A stretch of DNA of 64,000 bases from Gemmatimonadota bacterium (lineage in GTDB: Bacteria > Gemmatimonadota > Gemmatimonadetes > Palauibacterales > Palauibacteraceae): positions 1,248,001 to 1,312,000 of the forward strand of contig OZ220691.1 in assembly GCA_965116475.1 (NCBI GenBank). The letters run 5' to 3'. Shown one piece after another: positions 37,302 to 47,513 of the stretch. Numbering within the stretch: position 1 is the stretch's first letter; each line of letters starts with the position of its first letter. A program made the position numbers and the translations under genes. The notes beneath the pieces are model-generated. The model was not told where the DNA came from. It searched no databases and saw nothing but the letters and a program-made list of their open reading frames with translations.

Positions 37302-39899
37302 GTGTACCCCGTGACCCGTTTCCGACTGCGGCTTATCGCGTTTCTCCTCGTCCTCAGCCCCGCGGCGGCGACCGCGCAGGGCTCCGGGGGCGAACTCCCC
37401 TCCATCGAGGAGAAGACGGCCTCGATGCGGGCCATCGACGGCTTCATCCCCATGTACTGGGAAGCTTCGAGCGGCAAGCTGTGGCTCGAGATCTCACGCT
37501 GGGATTCGGACATCCTTCACATGACGGGGCTCGCCTCGGGGCTGGGGTCGAACGACATCGGGCTCGACCGCGGAGCGCTCTCGGGCTCCCGCCTCGTGCG
37601 CTTCCACCGGGTGGGGCCGAAGGTGCTGATGATCCAGCCCAACCTCGACTTCCGGGCGAGCAGCACGAACCCGCGCGAGGTGCGGGCGGTGACGGACGCG
37701 TTCGCCCCCTCCACGCTGTGGGGCTTCACGGCGGCGGCGGAGACGGACGGGCGGGTGCTCGTCGACGCGACGGACTTCGTGGTCCGGGACATGATCAACT
37801 GGGCGCAGCGGCTGCGGCCGGGGACGTACCGGTTCGACGCGAGCCGGAGCGCGGTGCACCTGCCGATGACGATGGGGTTTCCCGAGAACACGGAGATCGA
37901 GGCGTCGCTCACCTTCGTCCGTCAGCCGGGCGGCGGGGGCGGCGGCTTCGGCGGGTTCGGAGGCGGCAGCGGGACGTTCGAAGGCGTCGGGAACGTGGCC
38001 TCGACCGGCGAGGCGGCCACGATCCGTCTCCATCACTCCTTCGTGCAACTGCCGGAATTGGGGGAGTACACGCCGCGGGCCTTCGATCCCAGGGCCGGCT
38101 ACGGAGCCATGAGCTTCGCCGACTACTCGGCACCGCTGGGCGAGGACATGCGGCAGCGGTTCATCCGGCGGCACCGGCTCGAGAAGCGGGACCCGTCGGC
38201 GGCCATGAGCGAGCCGGTCGAACCCATCGTCTACTACCTGGATCCGGGGGCGCCGGAGCCGATCCGGACGGCGCTGCTCGAGGGGGCGCGCTGGTGGAAC
38301 CAGGCGTTCGAGGCGGCGGGGTTCCGGGACGGGTTCCGCGTGGAGATGCTGCCGGACGGCGTGAGTTCGCACGACGTGCGCTACAACGTGATCAACTGGG
38401 TGCACCGCTCGACGCGCGGCTGGAGCACGGGCGGCTCCGTCACCGACCCGCGCACGGGCGAGATCCTCAAGGGGGTGGTCACGCTCGGCTCGCTCCGGTG
38501 GCGGCAGGACTACCTGATCGCCGAGGGCCTCCTCTCGCCCTACGCCAACGGCGACGAGGTGCCGGCGGATCTGGCGGAATGGGCGCTGGCCCGGATCCGG
38601 CAGCTGTCCGCGCACGAGGTCGGGCACACGCTGGGCCTGGGCCACAACTACTACGACAGCAGCCGCGGCCGGATCTCGGTCCTGGACTATCCCCACCCGC
38701 TCGTGACGCTGGGTGACGACGGACGGCTCGACTACTCCGAGGTCTACGACGTGGACATCGGGGAGTGGGACAAGGTCGCGATCGTGTACGGGTATTCGGA
38801 CTTCCCGGAGGGGACGGACGAAACCGCCGAGCTGCAGCGGATCCTCGACGAGGCCTGGGACGAGGACCTCATCTACTTTACGAATCAGGACATCAACATC
38901 CACGCGCGCGCCGACCAGTGGTCGAACGGGGTGGACGCGGCGGCGGAACTCGAGCGGATGATGGACGTGCGGCGGCACGCGCTGGACCGCTTCGGGGCGG
39001 GCGCGATCCGGGCCGGGCGGCCGATCGTGACGGTGGAGGAGGCGCTGGTGCCGCTGTACATGCACCACCGCTACCAGGTGGACGCGGCCGCCTCGCTGCT
39101 CGGGGGCCAGGAGTACGTCTACGCCTTCCGCGGCGACGGGCGGACGCCCATGAAGCGCGTCGCCGGCGAGTGGCAGCGCGCGGCGCTGGGCGCGCTGGCG
39201 CGGACGATGCGGCCGGCGGAGCTGGAGGTCCCGGCTGGTGTGCTTGAACTGCTGCCGCCTCGGCCCCCGGGCTTCGGGCGCTCGCGCGAGATGTTCCCGC
39301 GCTACACCGGGCCGGCCTTCGATGCGGTCACGCCGGCGGTCGTGGCGGCGGACCACACGGTGTCGCGCGTCCTCGAACCGTCGCGGGCCGCGCGGCTCGT
39401 GCAGCAGCACGCGCTCGATCCGAGCCTGCCGGGCCTCGCCGAGGTACTGACCGCGCTGGTCGATGCGGTCCGCCCTGAACCCGACGAAACGCTCTATCGC
39501 ACCGAACTGCGGCTCGCGACCTACCGCGTGCTCGTGGACCGGATCATGGCACTCGCCGATCAGGCCTCCATGCCGCACGTGCGGGCCCTGGCCACCCGGA
39601 AGCTGGTGGACCTGAGAGCCGAGATGGCGGCGAATCCCCCGCCGGAGCGCGACGCAGCCTTCGTGCAGCTGGTCGACCGGGACATCGAGCGCTTCCTCGA
39701 GAAGCCCTCGGCCCCCTACGAGATGCCGGGGACGCCGAACGCGCCGCCGGGCGCGCCGATCGGGGAGCCCGCGCTGGACTGGCTGGCGCGCGACACAGGG
39801 ACCGCCGGCAGCGCCTGGATCGCCGCCGGCCCGGCTGGCTGGGCGACGGGCTGGCTCGGGACTTCGCCGGCCTGTTCGGCCGACCGCCGGAACTTCTGA
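37302..39899 (+). CDS. Secreted zinc-dependent metalloprotease (DUF5117/DUF4953-type Met-zincin)
   Basis: HEVGHTLGLGHN, DPRTGEI and SVLDY; signal peptide. Confidence 0.88.
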   Translation: MYPVTRFRLRLIAFLLVLSPAAATAQGSGGELPSIEEKTASMRAIDGFIPMYWEASSGKLWLEISRWDSDILHMTGLASGLGSNDIGLDRGALSGSRLVRFHRVGPKVLMIQPNLDFRASSTNPREVRAVTDAFAPSTLWGFTAAAETDGRVLVDATDFVVRDMINWAQRLRPGTYRFDASRSAVHLPMTMGFPENTEIEASLTFVRQPGGGGGGFGGFGGGSGTFEGVGNVASTGEAATIRLHHSFVQLPELGEYTPRAFDPRAGYGAMSFADYSAPLGEDMRQRFIRRHRLEKRDPSAAMSEPVEPIVYYLDPGAPEPIRTALLEGARWWNQAFEAAGFRDGFRVEMLPDGVSSHDVRYNVINWVHRSTRGWSTGGSVTDPRTGEILKGVVTLGSLRWRQDYLIAEGLLSPYANGDEVPADLAEWALARIRQLSAHEVGHTLGLGHNYYDSSRGRISVLDYPHPLVTLGDDGRLDYSEVYDVDIGEWDKVAIVYGYSDFPEGTDETAELQRILDEAWDEDLIYFTNQDINIHARADQWSNGVDAAAELERMMDVRRHALDRFGAGAIRAGRPIVTVEEALVPLYMHHRYQVDAAASLLGGQEYVYAFRGDGRTPMKRVAGEWQRAALGALARTMRPAELEVPAGVLELLPPRPPGFGRSREMFPRYTGPAFDAVTPAVVAADHTVSRVLEPSRAARLVQQHALDPSLPGLAEVLTALVDAVRPEPDETLYRTELRLATYRVLVDRIMALADQASMPHVRALATRKLVDLRAEMAANPPPERDAAFVQLVDRDIERFLEKPSAPYEMPGTPNAPPGAPIGEPALDWLARDTGTAGSAWIAAGPAGWATGWLGTSPACSADRRNF

Positions 39900-39930
39900 C
39901 TCGGACGTTCCCGCGGGAACGTGGTGAGGG

Positions 39931-41307
39931 TCAGCTGTAGCCGACGGCGAGGGCGATGACGAGGGCGATGGCGCCGAGCGCCATCAGCATGAGGTAGCGC
40001 GGGATGACGAAGCGCAGCCACGACTCGTAGCGGACGCCGCTCGCCGCGAGGATCGCCATCAGCGCGCCGTTGGTGGGCGTGATCAGTTCGCACAGCCCGG
40101 CGCCGTACTGGTAGGCGAGGATCGTGATCTGCCGCGAGAGTCCGAGCAGGTCCGAGAGCGGGACGAGAACCGGCAGCGTCAGCACCGCCTGACCGCTCAC
40201 GCTGGGCACGGCGAAGTGCAGGACGCCCTGCGCGGCGGACATGCCGATGGCCGAGAGCGCGAGCGGCAGGTCGGCGAGCGGGATGAAGAGCCCGCGCACG
40301 ATCGTGTCAATGATCCGCGCGTCATCCATGACCACGTAGATCGCGTTGGCGAAGCCGATGAGCAGCGCGGCGTACCCCATCGACCGGAAGCCCTCCGCGT
40401 AGGCCTGGGCCGTCCCGGTCACGCCGAGCCGGCCGATGATCCCCACCACGACGCCCATGATGAAGAAGAGGGCCGACATGTGGTCGAACTCCCATTCCCA
40501 ACGGAGCAGCCCCAACACGAGGATGGCGAAGGTCGATGCGACGATCGCGAAGATGGTCACGTCCCGAAATCCGAGTGCCCCATCCGGCTCCGACACGTCC
40601 GTCGTCTCCTCCGTCTCCTCCGTCTCGGGCCCCGCTCGGGTGCGGGCGGCATACCGCATCGTCCACCAGATCCAGAGACCGACGGCGATGGCCAGGAACA
40701 CCAGTCGGAACGCCCAGCCCGAGAGCAGCGCCACGTCGGACACCTTCTGGGCGATCTGGACCTGGAACGGATTGATGGGACTGAACGCCGACCCCACGAA
40801 GGCGGAGCCCGCGCTGACGGCCACCCCCACCATCGGCGAGTAGCCGAGCCGCTTCGTGAGCAGCATGAGCGCGGGAACGAGGGGGATGATCTCCTCCTGC
40901 ATGTTCTCGGTCACGCCTCCCGCCGCGAAGGCGAGACAGACGACCGGGATCGCCAGGATCTCGCGCCCCTCGAGCCCCCGCACGAGCCAAGCCACCCCGC
41001 GCCGGAGCGCCCCCGTCGCATCGAACACGGCGAATGCCCCGCCGATGAGAAAGATGAGGAACACGACATCCGCGCGATCCGCCATCCCCCGCGGGATCGC
41101 GACGATCGCCTCGAACGCGCCGATGCGGTTGGGTTCCACCTCGTGGAAGGTCCCCGGCACCACCACGCTGCGCCCCGTTACGGGATCGTCCCGCCGCTCG
41201 TACTCCCCCGCCGGCAGCACGTACGACAGCGCCGCGGCCGCCAGGATCGCGACCGTGAGTAGCGTCAACGGATGCGGAAACCGCAACGATCGGAGCCGGG
41301 GCCTCAC
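39931..41307 (-). CDS. YfcC/DcuC-family membrane transporter
   Basis: FPHP, LPAGEY, INPF, VPSVSGQA and ITPTNG; many TM helices; start approximate. Confidence 0.85.
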   Translation of the reverse strand: MRPRLRSLRFPHPLTLLTVAILAAAALSYVLPAGEYERRDDPVTGRSVVVPGTFHEVEPNRIGAFEAIVAIPRGMADRADVVFLIFLIGGAFAVFDATGALRRGVAWLVRGLEGREILAIPVVCLAFAAGGVTENMQEEIIPLVPALMLLTKRLGYSPMVGVAVSAGSAFVGSAFSPINPFQVQIAQKVSDVALLSGWAFRLVFLAIAVGLWIWWTMRYAARTRAGPETEETEETTDVSEPDGALGFRDVTIFAIVASTFAILVLGLLRWEWEFDHMSALFFIMGVVVGIIGRLGVTGTAQAYAEGFRSMGYAALLIGFANAIYVVMDDARIIDTIVRGLFIPLADLPLALSAIGMSAAQGVLHFAVPSVSGQAVLTLPVLVPLSDLLGLSRQITILAYQYGAGLCELITPTNGALMAILAASGVRYESWLRFVIPRYLMLMALGAIALVIALAVGYS

Positions 41308-41344
41308 GCGCTTCCCGGTCCTTGTCGCGTGAACCTGCCGTCGC

Positions 41345-42640
41345 TTACGAGCGGCATGCCTCAGCGGTGACGGCGGTGCCGCTCGCACTCTCAAGATGCA
41401 GGCGGAGCACGTAGCTGATGTCGAGGGCGTCGCGGGCGATTCCGTGAACGATGCCCCGCAGACCGACGTCCATGGGGACGAGGGGGCCGCGCGGGTACGA
41501 GTAGGCCTGGAGGCGCGCCGGTGTCGACACCTCGCCACGGAAGCGACCACAGTTGTCGAACAGGTTCCAGACCGGATCGTCGTCAACATCTTCGGGATGC
41601 CGCCGCACCCACAGCCAGCCCTCCGGCGACACTTCCAGGCCCGCGATTAGGGGCTTGAACTCCGATTCGTCGGAATCGTCGGGCGGGGGTGGCGGAGGAC
41701 TACCGAGCTCGACCGTGCGGACGGTGTCCCCGGCGAAGGTGACCTCGTGGAAGCGCTGGACCGCCCTGTTCGCCACCCAGACGGTTTCGCCGCCCGCGAA
41801 CGCCCAGACTCGCCTCGGAACGGGGACCCTGAAGGTACCGCTGACGGTGACGTTCCCGCCGCTGCCCGATCGAGTCTGTACCGTACTCGTGGAGATCTGG
41901 CTGTCGAGCACGACAGAGTCGCGCGGCAGAACCGGGTTGGGATGCTCCGGGTATACGGGCAGGCGCACGCCATGAGTGCGGCTGTGAGAAACAGTCTGAT
42001 CTCCCGAAGTCGTGCGGTCGCTGACCCTCACCTGCTGATAGGCGAATCCGTCGGCGTCGGCGGCGACGATTCTGCTCCGCGGGCCGCGGAACCCCCTACT
42101 TACCCGACTCAGTTCGTTCCCCAGCGAATCGAAGCTCAGCTGCTGGGAGCCGTCGCCGATCCAAAGCCGGTTCGGCGGCTGGAACACGATTCTCTGCTCC
42201 GAAGAGAAATCTCGGTAGCGCACCTCGCCGGGACCCTCGCCCCCGCGCGCGATGTTTCGGAGATGCCGGCCTTCGCGGTCGAAGACGCGGACCTCCTTCG
42301 AGCCAACATCCAGGACGTAGATGTTGCCGCGCTCGTCCACGGCGACGTCGTGCACGTTCCCGAACACTTCCGGCCCGGGGCCGTCCACCTCGCCGAGCCG
42401 GAGTTCCTCGACGAGGCGCCACTCGTCGGGTCCGCCGCCACGTCCCGGGGCGGGGTTCCTTACGAGGATGCGCCCGCCCTCGAGGGTGTCGACGGTCGCC
42501 TCCTGCCGGGGGTGCGGAGGCCCTGCACCCTGCGCGGACTCTGGCGTCAGGCGGAGCGCGAGACCGATGGCGATGGCGGCTCCGGTCGGACGGACGGCAC
42601 AACGAAACGCCTCGGGCAACGTCCGTCGGCCCCTACCCAC
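41345..42640 (-). CDS. 6-bladed beta-propeller (NHL-like) protein
   Basis: EELRLG, DVAVDERGNIYVLD, VFDREG, GEGPGE and GWLWV. Confidence 0.8.
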   Translation of the reverse strand: MGRGRRTLPEAFRCAVRPTGAAIAIGLALRLTPESAQGAGPPHPRQEATVDTLEGGRILVRNPAPGRGGGPDEWRLVEELRLGEVDGPGPEVFGNVHDVAVDERGNIYVLDVGSKEVRVFDREGRHLRNIARGGEGPGEVRYRDFSSEQRIVFQPPNRLWIGDGSQQLSFDSLGNELSRVSRGFRGPRSRIVAADADGFAYQQVRVSDRTTSGDQTVSHSRTHGVRLPVYPEHPNPVLPRDSVVLDSQISTSTVQTRSGSGGNVTVSGTFRVPVPRRVWAFAGGETVWVANRAVQRFHEVTFAGDTVRTVELGSPPPPPPDDSDESEFKPLIAGLEVSPEGWLWVRRHPEDVDDDPVWNLFDNCGRFRGEVSTPARLQAYSYPRGPLVPMDVGLRGIVHGIARDALDISYVLRLHLESASGTAVTAEACRS

Positions 42641-45600
42641 CGCTGCCGCCGCGCCGGCTGGAGACGCCGCCTTCTTCGGAGACTGGCTTGCCGATGAGTT
42701 CGAGGCCGAGGTCGCGGCCCTTCACGACGGCCGGGACGCCCTCCTCCATCCAGCGCGGCGCCGGGGCGTCGATGAGGTAGTGGTCGAAGAACTGCTGCAT
42801 GCGGATCGCCCAGTCCTCCTGGTTCGCCTGGCGCCCGAGCCCGTGTCCCTCGCCGTTGTAGTTCAGCATGAACACCGGCAGCTCCAGCCGCCGCATGGCG
42901 ACGAACATCTCGATCCCCTGGTACCACGGCACCGCGCCGTCCTCGTCGTTGTGGAGCATGAGGAGCGGCGTCCGGATCTTGTCGGCGAAGAAGACGGGCG
43001 AGTTGTGGATGTAGCGGTCGCGCTCGTCCCACAGCGTCCCGCCGATTCGGCTCTGCGTGCGCTCGTACTGGAACATGCGGCTCATCCCGCTCTGCCAGCG
43101 GATGCCGCCGTACGCGCTCGTCATGTTCGACACGGGGGCACCGGCCTCGGCGGCGGCGAACACGTTCGTCTTCGTGATCATGTAGGCGATCTGATATCCG
43201 CCCCACGAGTGGCCCTGCACGCCGACCCGGTCCGGGTCGATGAACCCCTGCGCGATGAGCGCCTGCACGCCGGGCACGACGGCGTCGAGCGCGCTTTCGC
43301 CCGGATAGCCGATCTCGTACGGGATGTCGGGGACGAACACGACGTAGCCGCGGCTCGCGTAGAAGGAGAAGCGCACCGACGCCCGGTTCGGCAGGGGCGG
43401 CTGGTAGCTGTGCAACCCGTCGGACATGCGCTCGTAGAAGTAGACCATGAGCGGATACTGCTGCGAGGGGTCGAAGCCGTCCGGCTTGATCAGGATGCCG
43501 TCGAGCGGCGTGCGGTCGTTGGACATCCAGTGGACCAGTTCGGCGCTCCCCCAGCGGTACTCCGCCTGCTGCGGGTTCGCGTCGCTCACCTTGCGCGCGT
43601 TCCCGAAGTCGGCGTCGCCGACCCACAGGTCCGGGAACTCGACGAACGTCTGGCGCGTCCACACGTAGCGCTCGGCGTCCTCGGCCTTCGTCGGCGCCGC
43701 ATAGCGCACGTCGCCCATGATCAGTTCTTCGACCCGGCCCGCCTCGTCCGTCCGGCCGCGCGCGAACCCGGACGCCTTCGTGCCCATGTCGAACACCGAG
43801 AACAGGACCTCGCCCTCCTCGATGCCCTCGCCCGCGCCGCCGCCGAAGCCGAACCCGAAGAAGTTCCCGCCCCCGCCCTCGGCCACGCGCTGCACACGGT
43901 AGCGGAGGTCGGCCTCCCTTCCCTCCGTCAGACGCACGGCGGGGTCATCGCCGCCCGGGTCGACGCGCCACACGTCGTTGCGGTCGTACACGAGCATCGC
44001 GGCGTCCCCCTCGACCCAGGTCGCGCCGCCGTAGGGGGGCGGTCCCTGCGGGTGGTCGTCGAGTTCGTTGTAGAAGGCGACGGGAAGACTCCCGGTCAGG
44101 CTGCGCGCCGGTCCGGAGCCGTCCATCGGCGCCGCCTTCCAGTCCCGGTCCGTCTCGTCCCACCAGTAGGCGTAGGTCCCGTCCGGCGAGAGGCTGGCGC
44201 CCCCGAAGCCGCGCACGGCCTCCACGATCGTGCGGCGTTCGCCGGTCAGAACGTCCACGGCGTAGGCGTCCTCGTAGCGGCCGTCCCACGAGATCTTCTG
44301 GCGGTGCGGCACGTCGCTCGTGGCGAGGACGTAGTCGCTCATGCCGGTCTCGGGGCGCGACACGTCCGGGATGCTCGCGCTGCCCAGCTGCACGACGGCG
44401 TCCCGGCCCTCGTGCGCCACGGCCAGGTACGACCGGTTGCGTTCGCGGTTCGCCTGCACGAGCTGCATGGGCTGCAGGTACGGGTCGCGCCAGTTCCAGA
44501 TGTCGAGCGTCACGCGATCCGCGTCGAGGATCTCCTCGTCCGGCTCGGGTTCGGGACGCGGCGCGGTGCCGAAGAAGAGGCGGTCCCCGTCCTCGCTGAA
44601 GGAGACGGAACCGTGCTCGCTGATCCACCAGCCCGCGGGCACGCCGACCGTCTCGTGGTCCGCCACCTTCTCCGCCGCCCCGCCGTTGGACCGGTAGAGC
44701 GCGAAGGACGGCTGGTCCATCTCCCACTCGTCCACGTTGCTCAGGAAGGCGAGGCGTTCGCCCGATTCGTCGAAGGCGACCCGCTCGTAGTGGCCCTCCC
44801 CGGCGAGAACCTCCACGCTCTCGCCGCTCGCCGGATCCACCAAGTGGATCCCGTCCCCACCGTCGTCCTCGGTCGAGGCCACGTACGCGAGCCCGTTCCC
44901 CGCATCGGCGACGGTGTAGGAGACGACGTCGGCGAAGCTGTGCTCCTCCCCCGTGTCGAGATTCAGGAGCACGAGCGGTGTCCCATCTTCCTTCTCGTGC
45001 CGCTTCTCGTATTCCGCGGAGCGCTCTTCTTCCTCCTCTGCGGCTTCCTCGCCCTCTTCCTCGCCCTCTTCCTCGGTCTCGGTCTCTTCTTCCTCCTCTT
45101 CCCCTTCTTCCTCCGCCTCTTCTTCCTCCTCGGGATTCTCGGACAGGAGGTAGGCGACAAAAGCGCCGCCGTCCTCCGGGACCCGGAAGGAGTCGATGGG
45201 GCCGGCGCGCCGGACCCCGCCGTTATCTCCAGCGCCGTCGGCGAATGCGTCGGCCAGGTTCACGACGGCGAGCGAGTCGCCGGGCAGATCGTCCCCGCGC
45301 TTCCCCTCGAGGCGCAGCGAGTCGACCACGGCCTTCACCGGCGGCACGCGGAAGGCGAGGTGCCGCGAGTCCCGCGTGAAGGAGGGCGAGCGGCCCCGGA
45401 AGCGGCGTTCCGCCGAGCCGTCGCTGCGGGTGATCACGAGCGTGGGGTCGCCGTCCCAGGGCGTCAGGACGTAGGCGAGCCAGGCCCCGTCCGCCGAGAT
45501 CGCGCGGCCGCCGATGGAGTTCCAGCGGTACGTGTCCTCGTGATCCAGCGCCGGCTTGACTTCCTGCGCGGCCAGGTGCGCGGCCGGAGCGGCGGGTACG

Positions 45601-45674
45601 AGGAGGAGGGCGGCCGCGGCGGCAAGCCAGCGCCGACGGAAGGAAGGACGGGACGGATCAGGGACCGGAAGCAT
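42633..45674 (-). CDS. S9 prolyl oligopeptidase family serine peptidase with poly-Glu insert
   Basis: GHSWGG, DGAV and GHG catalytic motifs; N-terminal propeller; signal peptide. Confidence 0.92.
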   Translation of the reverse strand: MLPVPDPSRPSFRRRWLAAAAALLLVPAAPAAHLAAQEVKPALDHEDTYRWNSIGGRAISADGAWLAYVLTPWDGDPTLVITRSDGSAERRFRGRSPSFTRDSRHLAFRVPPVKAVVDSLRLEGKRGDDLPGDSLAVVNLADAFADGAGDNGGVRRAGPIDSFRVPEDGGAFVAYLLSENPEEEEEAEEEGEEEEEETETEEEGEEEGEEAAEEEEERSAEYEKRHEKEDGTPLVLLNLDTGEEHSFADVVSYTVADAGNGLAYVASTEDDGGDGIHLVDPASGESVEVLAGEGHYERVAFDESGERLAFLSNVDEWEMDQPSFALYRSNGGAAEKVADHETVGVPAGWWISEHGSVSFSEDGDRLFFGTAPRPEPEPDEEILDADRVTLDIWNWRDPYLQPMQLVQANRERNRSYLAVAHEGRDAVVQLGSASIPDVSRPETGMSDYVLATSDVPHRQKISWDGRYEDAYAVDVLTGERRTIVEAVRGFGGASLSPDGTYAYWWDETDRDWKAAPMDGSGPARSLTGSLPVAFYNELDDHPQGPPPYGGATWVEGDAAMLVYDRNDVWRVDPGGDDPAVRLTEGREADLRYRVQRVAEGGGGNFFGFGFGGGAGEGIEEGEVLFSVFDMGTKASGFARGRTDEAGRVEELIMGDVRYAAPTKAEDAERYVWTRQTFVEFPDLWVGDADFGNARKVSDANPQQAEYRWGSAELVHWMSNDRTPLDGILIKPDGFDPSQQYPLMVYFYERMSDGLHSYQPPLPNRASVRFSFYASRGYVVFVPDIPYEIGYPGESALDAVVPGVQALIAQGFIDPDRVGVQGHSWGGYQIAYMITKTNVFAAAEAGAPVSNMTSAYGGIRWQSGMSRMFQYERTQSRIGGTLWDERDRYIHNSPVFFADKIRTPLLMLHNDEDGAVPWYQGIEMFVAMRRLELPVFMLNYNGEGHGLGRQANQEDWAIRMQQFFDHYLIDAPAPRWMEEGVPAVVKGRDLGLELIGKPVSEEGGVSSRRGGSGG

Positions 45675-45724
45675 CCGACGCTCCTGTTTCGTGAGTTTCG
45701 TGAGTTGTTGCCGGTTTCATGAGA

Positions 45725-47260
45725 TCAACGCTTGAAATAGACGGGTTCGGTCGGCAGCGCGTCGACATCGACGATCCTGCCGGCGGCCATGACGACCGAC
45801 TGTTTCCTGATGTTCGCGATGTCGGCGAGCGGATCGGCGTCGAGCACGAGGAGGTCGGCGAGCTTGCCGGCTTCGATCGTGCCGAACTCGTCGAGCGCGC
45901 CCGCCGCGATGGCGCCGTTGCGCGTGGCGGCGACGATCGCCTCGCCCGGCGTCATCCCCAGTTCGACGAGACCCTCGATGGCGAGGATCGTCCCGATGCC
46001 GGGCTCCTGCCAGATGGGCTTCGGCGTGCGTCCGTATTCCGGCGCCACGCCCGCATAGTTGTCCGTGCCGAGCGTGGTGATGCATCCGCCGTCGATCAGC
46101 TTCCGGGCGTTCAGGCGGCGCATCTCCGTCCCGTATCCCAGCGCCCGCTGCTCACGGCGAATCTGGTAGCTCGTCTTCTCACGCTCCACGGGACGCCGCA
46201 GCCGCCCCCACTCGCGGGCGCGGGCCCCCTCCGCCTCGCGGGCCAGGCGTTCCTCGGCCGCCGCCTTGTTCGCCAGGTGGTTCTCCCAGGCGGGACCGGT
46301 GATCGTGTTCACGAGCATCGAGCACACGATGCCGCGGTCCACGATCTGCTGGACGAGAGCGTCCGACATCTCGCGGTTCGCAAGCACCTCCGGGTGCTGG
46401 ATGAGATCGATCCCCGCCTCGACGGAGAGCCTGAGCCCCTCCGGGTTCGTGGAGTGGGTCTCCGCCACCAGGCCCCGCGCGTGCGTCTCCTCGACGATCA
46501 CGCGCTGCGCCGCCGGCGAGAATCCGATCAGTGTGGGGAACGCCCAGTGACTCGTCCCGCCGTACTTGAGGAAGTCCACCCCCTTGTCGAGGTACTCGCG
46601 GATCCGCACCCGCAGTTCCTCGGGATACAGGTCCATCAGGTCCTCGCCCGCCCCCTGGGCGATGTGATCGGAGAACTGTTCCTCGTAGAGCGAGAGGTCG
46701 TCCTCCGGGATGAGGGCGAAGGTGATCGAATAGGGCCCGCCCCAGCCGACGATGTTTCCGGCGATCTGGAGCCGCGGCCCGATCGCCTTGCCCGAGGCGA
46801 TCGCGTCCCGCACCTGCTGGAGTTCCGGGAGCGCGCCGTAGCTGTCCCGGAGGTGGGTAACGCCGAACTTGAGGTGCATCTGCGCGGCCTCGAGCGTGAG
46901 TTCGGGCCCCATCGAGCGGTAGAAGACGGAACTCTCCTTCCGGTCCTTGTTCCCGCCGCCGTACAGGGAGATGTGGACGTTCGTGTCGACGAAGCCGGGC
47001 GTGACGAACTTGCCGGCGCCGTCGATGACGCGCGCGCCATCCGGCACCTCGACATCCGCGCGCGGGCCGGCGGCCGTGATGCGGTCCCCTTCCACGACGA
47101 CGGTGGCATCGGCGAGGGGACGTCCGCCGTTCCCGTCGATGAGGGTCGCGCCGACGATCGCGGTCGCCTGGCCCAGCAGCGGACCGCCGCCCGGGACGAG
47201 GAAGACGAGGAAGGCCAGCGTGGCGGGGACGGGGAGAGCGCGGCGGGTGGCGCGAAACAT
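45725..47260 (-). CDS. Secreted amidohydrolase family protein
   Basis: LIDGNG, PGFVDTNVH, VAETH, IQHPE, LGTDN and GTIEAGKLAD. Confidence 0.88.
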   Translation of the reverse strand: MFRATRRALPVPATLAFLVFLVPGGGPLLGQATAIVGATLIDGNGGRPLADATVVVEGDRITAAGPRADVEVPDGARVIDGAGKFVTPGFVDTNVHISLYGGGNKDRKESSVFYRSMGPELTLEAAQMHLKFGVTHLRDSYGALPELQQVRDAIASGKAIGPRLQIAGNIVGWGGPYSITFALIPEDDLSLYEEQFSDHIAQGAGEDLMDLYPEELRVRIREYLDKGVDFLKYGGTSHWAFPTLIGFSPAAQRVIVEETHARGLVAETHSTNPEGLRLSVEAGIDLIQHPEVLANREMSDALVQQIVDRGIVCSMLVNTITGPAWENHLANKAAAEERLAREAEGARAREWGRLRRPVEREKTSYQIRREQRALGYGTEMRRLNARKLIDGGCITTLGTDNYAGVAPEYGRTPKPIWQEPGIGTILAIEGLVELGMTPGEAIVAATRNGAIAAGALDEFGTIEAGKLADLLVLDADPLADIANIRKQSVVMAAGRIVDVDALPTEPVYFKR

Positions 47261-47513
47261 GCGGGAACCTCCTCGTTTCAGCGGAGCTTGCGTAAATTGA
47301 GACTAACAGCTTGCTCGGCTCGCGAGTAGCCGCCCGCTCCAGCGGGGACGGCGGCGGTTGGCAGGGCGTGACAGTCCGCGTTAGGCTGTCGCATCCTGCT
47401 CATCCCGAACTCCGCACAGGGCGTGACGCGGGCATGACGCCAAGGCATGACGCGGCATCGCCGGGCAGGCCGACGACGACCGATTACCGACAAGCGACTA
47501 CAGGCGAGAGATA

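Noticed and set aside
42321..45722. Very long antisense or alternative-frame ORFs (e.g. 42321-45722 +, 7872-10145 +, 37494-39578 -, 59986-62391 -, 60690-62918 +)
   Set aside because: Shadow ORFs of real genes in high-GC DNA; Arg/Pro/Ala-rich with no family motifs
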